IMG/VR virus record: IMGVR_UViG_3300049173_000065 | Location: 1 to 43,400 of that record | Strand: one strand, 5' to 3' | Length of the DNA: 43,400 bases | Source: a virus | Taxonomy: Duplodnaviria > Caudoviricetes | Shown here: one piece after another, positions 36,926 to 43,400 of the stretch | Layout: every line of letters begins with the position of its first letter | Position numbering within the stretch: the first letter of the stretch is position 1 | Program-made: the position numbers and the translations under genes | Notes under the pieces: model-generated | Seen by the model: the letters and a program-made list of their open reading frames with translations, nothing else | The model's database searches: none | Told to the model about the DNA's origin: nothing

Positions 36926-38113
36926 TCAGCCGCCGCACTCCTCGCAGCCATTGGCAGGCTGCTCCTCGTGTTCGCGGCAGATGGCGAGGATCTGGATCGT
37001 GTCGGTGTCGTCGTCCTTGGCGAGCGTCCGGAGTTCGTCGGCCGCCCAGTTCGCCACCTCGGTGGCGCAGTCGCCGGTGTAGACGAACCCGCCCGCACCC
37101 TCGGACCAGGCGCCGTAGGTGACGCCGGACTCGCAGGCCGGGATCGTGCCGAGTTCGGCCACCCGCCCGCCGCGCTTGTCGACGACGTGATGCTCGGGGC
37201 AGACCGTCCGGGGCGTTCCCTTGTAGCCGCACTGCGGACACCCGGCGCCCTTGCACTCCGGGCAGCGGCTGGCGTGGATCTCGGCCACCGTCTCCGGGTC
37301 GGCCTTCTTCGGGTTGGCCAACGAGCGGAGGTCGGGGGTCTTTCGCTTCGGCTGATCGCCGCACGGTTCCCGGTGCAGCTTGGGGGTCTCACCGTGCCGG
37401 GCCGCGACCTCGCTCTCGTTCTCCGCCCGACAGTCGGCCAGGAGCCACGCCACTACGCGCCCATCGGTGGGCCGGGCGACGAGGATGCGGGCGGGGTCCT
37501 CCGGGTTCACGCCGACGAACTTGAACGTCCGGCCGTCCGCGTGCACGACCCGCTCGCCCGGCTGGAACGGCGCCTCGGGGTCGGCGGCCACGATGGTCAG
37601 CTCGTCGACGAAGGGGCGGCTGCGGTCTCCCCACGGGCACTTCTCGTCCGCATCCCAGTTCACTCCGACGTACTCGCGGCCGTAGTTGGGGTGGTCCGGC
37701 AGGGTGACGCGGCCGACGTCGACGCCGTTGACGGTTCCCATGCGGCCCTCGGCGTCCTTGACGCGGGCGCCCTTGGGGAGGTCGGCGGCGGTGCGGGCGG
37801 TGGTGGGCTGCTCGGTGACGGCCTTGTTCACGCAGCGGCGGGGCCAGTCGGCCTGACGCAAGCGGGCGGTGCGGCCCAGCTTGCGGGACTTGCCGTCCCG
37901 GAAGACGTCTTCGGCGAGCGGGTTGTGACCCGTGATCTCGACCGTGACCGTCTTCTCGGTGACCTTGACGACCGTGCCGGTGCGCCACAGGTCGTCACCG
38001 CTGCTACCGAACCCGTTGTTGGCGGTGACGAACTGGACGCGGTCGCCCTCGTGGACGTTGCCGAACTCGACGGGCTGGAAGGTCTCGGTCTTGTTCTCGG
38101 TCATCGCGCTCAC
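36926..38113 (-). CDS. Multidomain hypothetical early protein (tandem SH3/KOW-like modules plus Zn-finger motifs)
   Basis: EGDRVQF, LPKGARVKD..G..GTV and FQPGERVVH repeats; CPECKGAGCPQC and CREH...CEEC. Confidence 0.7.
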   Translation of the reverse strand: MSAMTENKTETFQPVEFGNVHEGDRVQFVTANNGFGSSGDDLWRTGTVVKVTEKTVTVEITGHNPLAEDVFRDGKSRKLGRTARLRQADWPRRCVNKAVTEQPTTARTAADLPKGARVKDAEGRMGTVNGVDVGRVTLPDHPNYGREYVGVNWDADEKCPWGDRSRPFVDELTIVAADPEAPFQPGERVVHADGRTFKFVGVNPEDPARILVARPTDGRVVAWLLADCRAENESEVAARHGETPKLHREPCGDQPKRKTPDLRSLANPKKADPETVAEIHASRCPECKGAGCPQCGYKGTPRTVCPEHHVVDKRGGRVAELGTIPACESGVTYGAWSEGAGGFVYTGDCATEVANWAADELRTLAKDDDTDTIQILAICREHEEQPANGCEECGG

Positions 38114-38135
38114 TGCTTCTCCCTGTTCGCCGCTT

Positions 38136-38217
38136 GTTTCTGTAATACGAGAATGCACCCGGACCGGCAGGCTTGTCAAGCGGCTTGCGCAGATAGATAG
38201 TGGTTCCTGTAATACAG
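38136..38217 (-). promoter_or_regulatory. Housekeeping-sigma-type promoter with flanking operator repeats (copy 2), divergent region
   Basis: TTGACA (38179-38174), 18 bp, CATTCT (38155-38150); GTTTCTGTAATAC at 38136 and GTTCCTGTAATACAG at 38203. Confidence 0.75.
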
Positions 38218-38235
38218 CGACTCAGGAGGAGAATC

Positions 38236-38451
38236 ATGGCCCGGCCCAAGACCGGCGAGACGCCAGGCAAGACCTTCCGCCCGCCCAAGCCGCTCTGGGA
38301 CGAGGTCATGAAGCACGCCACGGCGGAGCAACGCCCATACGCAGACGTGATCATCGAAGCCCTGCACGACTGGCTGCGAAAGAAGGACCGAGAGCGCGCG
38401 AAGACCCCCACCCCGGAGCGCCCGGCGTCCAGCGAGGAGAACACCGCATGA
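38236..38451 (+). CDS. Ribbon-helix-helix-type DNA-binding protein
   Basis: MARPKTG.TP.KTFRPP..LWDEV...A..EQRPYADVIIEAL..WL; AGGAGG RBS. Confidence 0.7.
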   Translation: MARPKTGETPGKTFRPPKPLWDEVMKHATAEQRPYADVIIEALHDWLRKKDRERAKTPTPERPASSEENTA

Positions 38452-38717
38452 TCAAGCCCGTGTACCGCGTCCAATGCGACGGCCCCGGCAAGGAATGGCT
38501 GTCCCTCCCCGACGACCACGTACCGGGCACCGACCTGCCAGCAGACACCCTCGTCGCCGCGCCTACCGCCGAGCGGGCGGGGAACTGGCCGGACGAGAAG
38601 GCGGCGAAGCTTGCGACCATCGGCGCCGGGTGGGGGCATCGCCCGGACTCCGACTTCAGGACGTGGTTCTGCCCGGGATGTCTGAGCCTGGTGAGCAGCG
38701 AGGAGACCAGCGGATGA
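38448..38717 (+). CDS. Small hypothetical protein (CDG...CPGC)
   Basis: GAGGAG RBS; ATGA coupling. Confidence 0.7.
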   Translation: MIKPVYRVQCDGPGKEWLSLPDDHVPGTDLPADTLVAAPTAERAGNWPDEKAAKLATIGAGWGHRPDSDFRTWFCPGCLSLVSSEETSG

Positions 38718-39031
38718 GCCCTGCCGCGGGCACGACCCGCTACCTGTGCCCCCTCGAATGCGGCTGGCACCACGACGTTCCACCACCCAGCGTCGACCGC
38801 GCCATCGAGCTGGGGGCAGTCGCCGACCCGGCTGCGCGGGACTTCCAGGAGGCAGTCAGTTCGGTCGTGCGCCAGGCCAGCTTCGCCGAGGCCGAGCGGA
38901 CCGAGACCGCCTTGCGGGAGCACCTCGGCACGCACACCACCGAGCAGTTCGTACGGGCGATCCAGGGCCTGCGCGCCGAGGTGGCCAAGCTTCGGGAGCG
39001 CCCGGCGGGCAGCGAGGAGACGAGCGGATGA
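38714..39031 (+). CDS. Small hypothetical protein (CPLECGW...H...H)
   Basis: GAGGAG RBS; ATGA coupling. Confidence 0.7.
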   Translation: MSPAAGTTRYLCPLECGWHHDVPPPSVDRAIELGAVADPAARDFQEAVSSVVRQASFAEAERTETALREHLGTHTTEQFVRAIQGLRAEVAKLRERPAGSEETSG

Positions 39032-39312
39032 GCGAGCGGCCGGACCCCATCACGCCGGAAGAGCAGATCGACAACCTCAAGCAGCGCGTGCAACACCTGG
39101 AGGACACGGTCCACTACCTGTCCAACACGCTCGCCATCCACGGGATCCTCAACGCGACCGAGGCGTCGGTAGCCAAGACGATGCGGCGTGAGGGGCAAGA
39201 GATCCTCGCGGGCGAGCAGCAGCGCCTTCGCTGGAGTTGGCGCATTCGGGAGGCGAACAAGGAGCGCTACCTCAGCGCGGGCCCGGTGCGCCCGGACGAG
39301 GAGACCAGGTGA
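39028..39312 (+). CDS. Small coiled-coil hypothetical protein
   Basis: GAGGAG RBS; ATGA coupling. Confidence 0.7.
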   Translation: MSERPDPITPEEQIDNLKQRVQHLEDTVHYLSNTLAIHGILNATEASVAKTMRREGQEILAGEQQRLRWSWRIREANKERYLSAGPVRPDEETR

Positions 39313-39473
39313 GCGACGTCGACTGCCCGCACTGCCACGCCACGTCCAACAACCTGGACGTCCGCATCATCGCCCGGGGCCCGGACGGCGTCCCCGTCGC
39401 GATCAAGCACACGAAGGACTGTGTGGACTACCCGCCAGAGACGCCACGCCCGGGCGAGGAGACCACACCATGA
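39309..39473 (+). CDS. Small hypothetical protein (CPHC...H...C)
   Basis: GAGGAG RBS; GTGA coupling. Confidence 0.65.
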   Translation: MSDVDCPHCHATSNNLDVRIIARGPDGVPVAIKHTKDCVDYPPETPRPGEETTP

Positions 39474-39793
39474 CCGCCCTCGCCCGCGTCGTCTGCACCT
39501 GCCCCTCCGTCCCCACCCAATGGGACGCCTGGACCGTCGAAGGCCAATACCTGTACATGCGCTACCGCTTCGGACGCGGCACCGTCGACGCCTACGACAG
39601 CCCCGACTTCGAAACGTGGGACATCGTGCCGGACGGGCACTTCGCCTGCTTCACCGACCCGGACGAGCCGTACGGGGCTGACATCGAACTCGACGAGTTC
39701 CTGCGCCGGGCCGGGCTCCGGCTCGCGACGCTCGCGTCCGTCGTCCCCTACGAGGAGTACGTGGAACTACGAAGGCAGGGCGCGCTCCGGTAG
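39470..39793 (+). CDS. Hypothetical protein (PTQWDAWT..GQYLYMRYR)
   Basis: GAGGAG RBS; ATGA coupling; followed by a hairpin. Confidence 0.7.
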   Translation: MTALARVVCTCPSVPTQWDAWTVEGQYLYMRYRFGRGTVDAYDSPDFETWDIVPDGHFACFTDPDEPYGADIELDEFLRRAGLRLATLASVVPYEEYVELRRQGALR

Positions 39794-39809
39794 CCCGCCG
39801 CATGACGAA

Positions 39810-39835
39810 GGCCCCGCCCGAAAACGAGCGGGGCC
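39810..39835. terminator. Stem-loop terminator between convergent units
   Basis: GGCCCCGC ... GCGGGGCC. Confidence 0.6.
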
Positions 39836-40002
39836 GTTCAACGTCTACGCGGCAGCCAGGGTGGGGGAAGTTCGCAGCTCCAACCCACCGACCAGCACTG
39901 CGATGCCGGACGCGCCCCCGACTGCCGCACCCGCGACGCTACGCCCGAGCCGCGCCGCCTGTCACTACCCCCAAACGAGTGACGCGACGACAGCAGGGAA
40001 CC

Positions 40003-40362
40003 CTACGACCCGGCGCGCGGATCATCCGCCAACTTCAACCCGTCCAACAACGCCGCCATGAACAACCGATTCCCCCGCGACGGAAGCTCCTCATCCGCCA
40101 GACCCAGACACACCGGCGGTGTACGCGGATCGTCCTCCCACGCCCCGAAGTCGAAGTTCCAGTCCGTCCAGCCGGGCGCGGCCTCGGCGACAGCATCCGT
40201 GCACTGGCTGGCCGCCTCCGCCTGGCTCAACGACGGCGCCGCGGTAGGTGTCGGACTGGCCGTCACGGTGGCGGCGGGCGTCTCCTTCTTGTCCGGCTCC
40301 CCGCCCGACGAACACCCGGCGAGCACGAGACAAGCAGCAAGCAGAACAGCAGCACGGCGCAT
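40003..40362 (-). CDS. Small lipoprotein
   Basis: Basic N-terminus, hydrophobic core, LAG|C lipobox, Pro/Thr linker. Confidence 0.8.
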   Translation of the reverse strand: MRRAAVLLAACLVLAGCSSGGEPDKKETPAATVTASPTPTAAPSLSQAEAASQCTDAVAEAAPGWTDWNFDFGAWEDDPRTPPVCLGLADEELPSRGNRLFMAALLDGLKLADDPRAGS

Positions 40363-40434
40363 GGTTTCCCCCCAGCGTGGATGATGCGCCGGAGCATAGT
40401 GCCGGCCACCGACACCCGGGCCGGAAACGGAAGA

Positions 40435-40464
40435 CCCCGCCGCGACGGGGGTTGCGCGGCGGGG
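40435..40464. terminator. Stem-loop downstream of the TraB-like gene
   Basis: CCCCGCCGCG ... CGCGGCGGGG, 10-bp stem. Confidence 0.55.
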
Positions 40465-40623
40465 CCATCAGGAGTGCCGGGCGAGACCCGGCGCGTGAAC
40501 CCAGTGTGGCAGAAACGGGGGTGGATCAGGGGGCCGCCCGCCGACCGCTCATCCACCCAAGCAGCGTCAGCTGTACACCCCCCAATCCACCCCCCATCAA
40601 ACAGGCTGCGACCTGCGACTTTG

Positions 40624-42381
40624 CTAGCCCGCCACAGCCTGCGCCTCCCATGCGGCCGAGGGGACGATCCGCCACGTCTGCGTGTCCTCGCAACGCTCCA
40701 CCTCGGGGCGCAGCGCGCCGGCCGCATCCCGTACTTGCTTGTCGCCCAGCCCGGTTGCTATCTCCAGCTCGCGGCGGCTCATGTTCCCGTATTTCGTGAG
40801 CGCGTTCCGCACCTTCGCCTGGTTGCTGTCGCCGGGCACCGGGAGAATCAGCCGCTTCCCAACCGGCGCCTTCGCCGTCTCCCGGCCGATCCGCGCCACC
40901 TCCGCCGTGAACTCGTCCTTCGTCAGCCACATGCCCTTGTACGGGGCCGGCTGCTGATGGTCTGGGGACTGGAGAAGGAACTTCCCGGGCGCGTCCAGGT
41001 CGCCGGGCTCCCAGCCGGGGGTGGTGCCGAAGATGAACCGACGGTGGTCCCGGTCCGCCATGCGTGTGCTGATGCGGACGCTGTAGTTGCCGCGGGCGTC
41101 GGTGGTCCCCCCGAAGACTTTCCTGCTGGGCTGCTGCGTCGCCGCGATCAGGTGAATGCCTGCGAAACGGGCCAAAGCGAGCAGGCTTTCGAGCTTCTTC
41201 GATGCGGGGTCCTTCTTCCACGGCCCGACATCGGCCTGCCGCACCAGCTCCCCCAGTTCGTCGAACACCGCCCACAAGGCGGGCCGGCCGTGCTTGACCG
41301 GGTCCCACTCCTGGTCACCGGCGGCGGCGAGGATCTCTCCGCGTTCCTGCAGCTCCTGCTTCAACCAGTCGAGGAACACGTGCGCCTGCTCCGGCGTCTG
41401 CGCGAGGTCTTGGAGGATCGGCAGCATCGGCGTCATCTCCGGCGCCCCCGGCTTCAAGTCGACGCCGTAGACCACCACGTCGGGCCGGTCCGCGAGCTGG
41501 AGAACGATGGACCGAACCAGAGTGGACTTCCCGAACTTCGACGAACCGGCCACGAGGGCATGCGCGTAGGCCAGCTCGACCTGGACCGGGTTCAGGAACC
41601 GGTCCACACCGAGGAGGATCGGGTCGGTGAACCGGGCCGCGGTGGACCGGACGTACGGGACGACGGCGGTGAGCGGGTCACCGTCGATGAACCGGGCCAC
41701 GAGCTGGTTCGTGAGGGCCCCGTCTTCCAGCACGAACTCCCCGGCCACGCCCATGCCGCCCGCGACTTTGGGCCATGCGGTCCGCAGCCTGGTTCGGTCC
41801 AGGTTCACGGGCAGGTCGAGAACCGCAGTCCATCCGGTCCGGGTCCGTTCCACGGTGCAGCCCGGGAGTTCGGTGGCGAACAGTTCGTGGACCACGGTCC
41901 GCAGTCTGGTTTCCTCGACAGTCCGCCCGGTCAGGTTCGGTCCGGACTGGACTGGTTCAGGGGTGGCCTTCTGGACCAGGGCATGCTGGGCCATCTGAAG
42001 GCGGACCAGGCCGGTCTGGAGCCTCACCGACTCCTGCTCCAGTTTGATGTGGTCGTGCCGCAGGTCGTGCCGGTGCTTGACCATCGCCCCGAACACGGCT
42101 GCCGCGCTGATCGCCCACCCGTAGATCCCGGCGAAGGCGCCGACGGTGCCGGTGAGCCACGCCTGCGCGGACACGCCGGTCGCGGCGAGGGAGCCCCAGG
42201 CGAGGGCGGGCGGCCACTTCTTCGCGAAGGACACGAAGGACAGCTTGCCGGCGGCGATCGCGGTGACGAACTCGATGGTGGCCGCGGTGGTGCCGTAGAT
42301 GTCGTCGGCGGTGAGGGCTGCGGCGGAGACGAGGCTGGGGATGGTGAGGGCGGTGACGATGTCGGTGCGGTCGATCTTCAC
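40624..42381 (-). CDS. traB: FtsK/SpoIIIE-family DNA translocase, TraB-like conjugative transfer protein
   Basis: N-terminal TM segments; HALVAGSSKFGKST (Walker A), VDLK, AVFDELGEL (Walker B), ARFAGIHLIAATQQP; C-terminal winged-HTH-like segment. Confidence 0.85.
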   Translation of the reverse strand: MKIDRTDIVTALTIPSLVSAAALTADDIYGTTAATIEFVTAIAAGKLSFVSFAKKWPPALAWGSLAATGVSAQAWLTGTVGAFAGIYGWAISAAAVFGAMVKHRHDLRHDHIKLEQESVRLQTGLVRLQMAQHALVQKATPEPVQSGPNLTGRTVEETRLRTVVHELFATELPGCTVERTRTGWTAVLDLPVNLDRTRLRTAWPKVAGGMGVAGEFVLEDGALTNQLVARFIDGDPLTAVVPYVRSTAARFTDPILLGVDRFLNPVQVELAYAHALVAGSSKFGKSTLVRSIVLQLADRPDVVVYGVDLKPGAPEMTPMLPILQDLAQTPEQAHVFLDWLKQELQERGEILAAAGDQEWDPVKHGRPALWAVFDELGELVRQADVGPWKKDPASKKLESLLALARFAGIHLIAATQQPSRKVFGGTTDARGNYSVRISTRMADRDHRRFIFGTTPGWEPGDLDAPGKFLLQSPDHQQPAPYKGMWLTKDEFTAEVARIGRETAKAPVGKRLILPVPGDSNQAKVRNALTKYGNMSRRELEIATGLGDKQVRDAAGALRPEVERCEDTQTWRIVPSAAWEAQAVAG

Positions 42382-42747
42382 GGTGTGGGCTCCGCAGAGA
42401 CAGGCGGACCCCCGCTGGGTGGCGGGGGCCGGGGGGCTGGCGGCGGTCAGCGGTACGTGTTCAGGAGGGCCTTGGCGTCGTTGAGGCGGCGGTAGGCGGT
42501 GGACTCGGGGATGCCGAGGATCTCGGCGGCGTCCCGCTTCGTGAGGCGTTCGCCGAGCTTGAGACGCTGGTGGAGTTCAGCGACCTGATCCTTGGGCTGG
42601 GCCGGCCGGTCCGGCTGGTTCACGGCGGCCTGGACCGCCTGGACCGGGGCCGGTTCGGGTGTGGTATCGATCTGGTTCACCGGCTGGTCAGCGGCCGGTT
42701 CGACGGACTGAACCGGCGTGGACTGCAGCTGGTCCACGACCTGGTCC
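41485..42747. repeat. Intragenic GRACCRG / CYGGTYC repeat clusters
   Basis: By eye, about 14 exact copies in 41485-42009 and about 9 in 42606-42747, in both orientations, plus near-matches. Confidence 0.7.
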
Positions 42748-43397
42748 ACAGTGGCCTCGCCGCTCCCGCGCCGGGCTTCGAGGGCAAGCCGGAGTTTCAC
42801 CGCACCGTCCTCGACGAGGAGCAGGTCCCGCTCGCCGAGCGCGAGCGCCATCTCGGTGCCGGCCTTCTGGCGGCGGGCGTTGAGGTATGCCTCGTACTTC
42901 GGCTCCAGCTTGATGCGGATGGTGTGCATGCCGACCGCCCACACGCCTTTCGCGGCGGCAGACACGAGGGCGCCGACGATGCCGACGATCCATCCCCACG
43001 GCCCGGACAGCGAGCCGTGCGTGATGATCGCGGCCATCGATACGGCGAGGAGGGCTACGCCCGCGTTGCGGGGGATGTCGGCGCGGTTGCTGTCGTAGCG
43101 CAGGAGCCATTCGGCGATGAGGCAGGCCACCCAGCCCGCATCGAACACTCCTGCGACGAGGTATGCGGCCCACGGCGGGGCGAGGAGGGTGAGCATGCCG
43201 CCGATGGCGACGGTGCCCCACACGATCGCGACGACGGTCATGACGAGGGCGACGGCGAACAGGCCGCGGCGGAGGGCGGCGTCGAGGTTGAAGGGGAGGC
43301 GGATGACGGGGGTGATGTCGGGCACGTCGTATGCGACGTCGACACCGTGGACGGTCTCGGTGATCGTGCGTGTCGGACGGCGGAACGGGCGGGCCAT
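42447..43397 (-). CDS. SpdB-like spread/transfer membrane protein (TM helices, Pro/Gln linker, C-terminal HTH)
   Basis: Four hydrophobic segments, low-complexity linker, TKRDAAEILGIPESTAYRRL HTH; directly upstream of the TraB-like gene. Confidence 0.65.
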   Translation of the reverse strand: MARPFRRPTRTITETVHGVDVAYDVPDITPVIRLPFNLDAALRRGLFAVALVMTVVAIVWGTVAIGGMLTLLAPPWAAYLVAGVFDAGWVACLIAEWLLRYDSNRADIPRNAGVALLAVSMAAIITHGSLSGPWGWIVGIVGALVSAAAKGVWAVGMHTIRIKLEPKYEAYLNARRQKAGTEMALALGERDLLLVEDGAVKLRLALEARRGSGEATVDQVVDQLQSTPVQSVEPAADQPVNQIDTTPEPAPVQAVQAAVNQPDRPAQPKDQVAELHQRLKLGERLTKRDAAEILGIPESTAYRRLNDAKALLNTYR

Positions 43398-43400
43398 GGC

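Larger units (their letters stand above)
3439..43400. mobile_element. Temperate siphovirus-like prophage / phage-conjugative element (boundaries not resolved; may include the regulator cluster at 215-3376 and continues past the right edge)
   Basis: Canonical order terS-terL-portal-MuF-scaffold-capsid-head/tail joining-tail tube-TAC-TMP-minor tails-lysis on the minus strand, contiguous with small early-type genes and a TraB-like module. Confidence 0.93.

Noticed and set aside
38415-39473. CRISPR-like or integron attC-like array
   Set aside because: Repeats are degenerate, non-palindromic, contain the RBS and are separated by whole genes; no cas or integron integrase in the window
39838-39930. 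Possible leaderless 30-aa minus-strand ORF (MRQSGARPASQCWSVGWSCELPPPWLPRRR)
   Set aside because: No RBS and no independent support; expected by chance
40517-40595. Three ATCCACCC copies downstream of traB as a possible clt
   Set aside because: Too few and low-complexity to support; the intragenic GRACCRG clusters are far denser
39802-42495. 897-aa plus-strand ORF
   Set aside because: Antisense shadow of the traB-like and lipoprotein genes; Arg/Gly-rich with no motifs, typical of high-GC DNA
1-43400. Integrase, att sites, tRNA/rRNA, reverse transcriptase or DGR template repeat
   Set aside because: None recognised by eye; the duplicated module in the fibre gene is intragenic and shows no adenine-specific pattern that I could see

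Overview
High-GC actinobacterial DNA, most likely Streptomyces, judged from gene content and GC-rich codons. Almost the whole window is a temperate siphovirus-type prophage or phage-like mobile element. The minus strand carries a complete late region read right to left: terminase small and large subunits, portal, MuF-like minor head protein, scaffold, major capsid, head-tail joining proteins, major tail protein, tail assembly chaperones with a -1 frameshift site, tape measure and minor tail proteins, then endolysin, holin-like membrane proteins and a fibre-like protein. Two parts stand out. (1) A 6.3-kb plus-strand operon sits between the tail and lysis genes and encodes three glycosyltransferases (one GT-B, apparently frameshifted near its start, and two GT-A), a 2OG-Fe(II) oxygenase, a SAM methyltransferase and two XRE proteins. 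(2) At the right end, an actinomycete conjugation module (TraB-like FtsK translocase plus a spread-type membrane protein) carries dense GRACCRG repeats inside the genes, suggesting a phage/conjugative-element hybrid. Several non-coding repeat systems are also visible: CC-GYGAU-GG hairpins before the scaffold and capsid genes, a CCTTCGAATCGT-like motif before late genes, a duplicated promoter/operator unit next to a ribbon-helix-helix gene, and an array of small genes with shared junction sequences. No integrase, att site, replication gene, RNA gene or CRISPR array was seen. All product calls come from motif recognition and gene order, not database searches.
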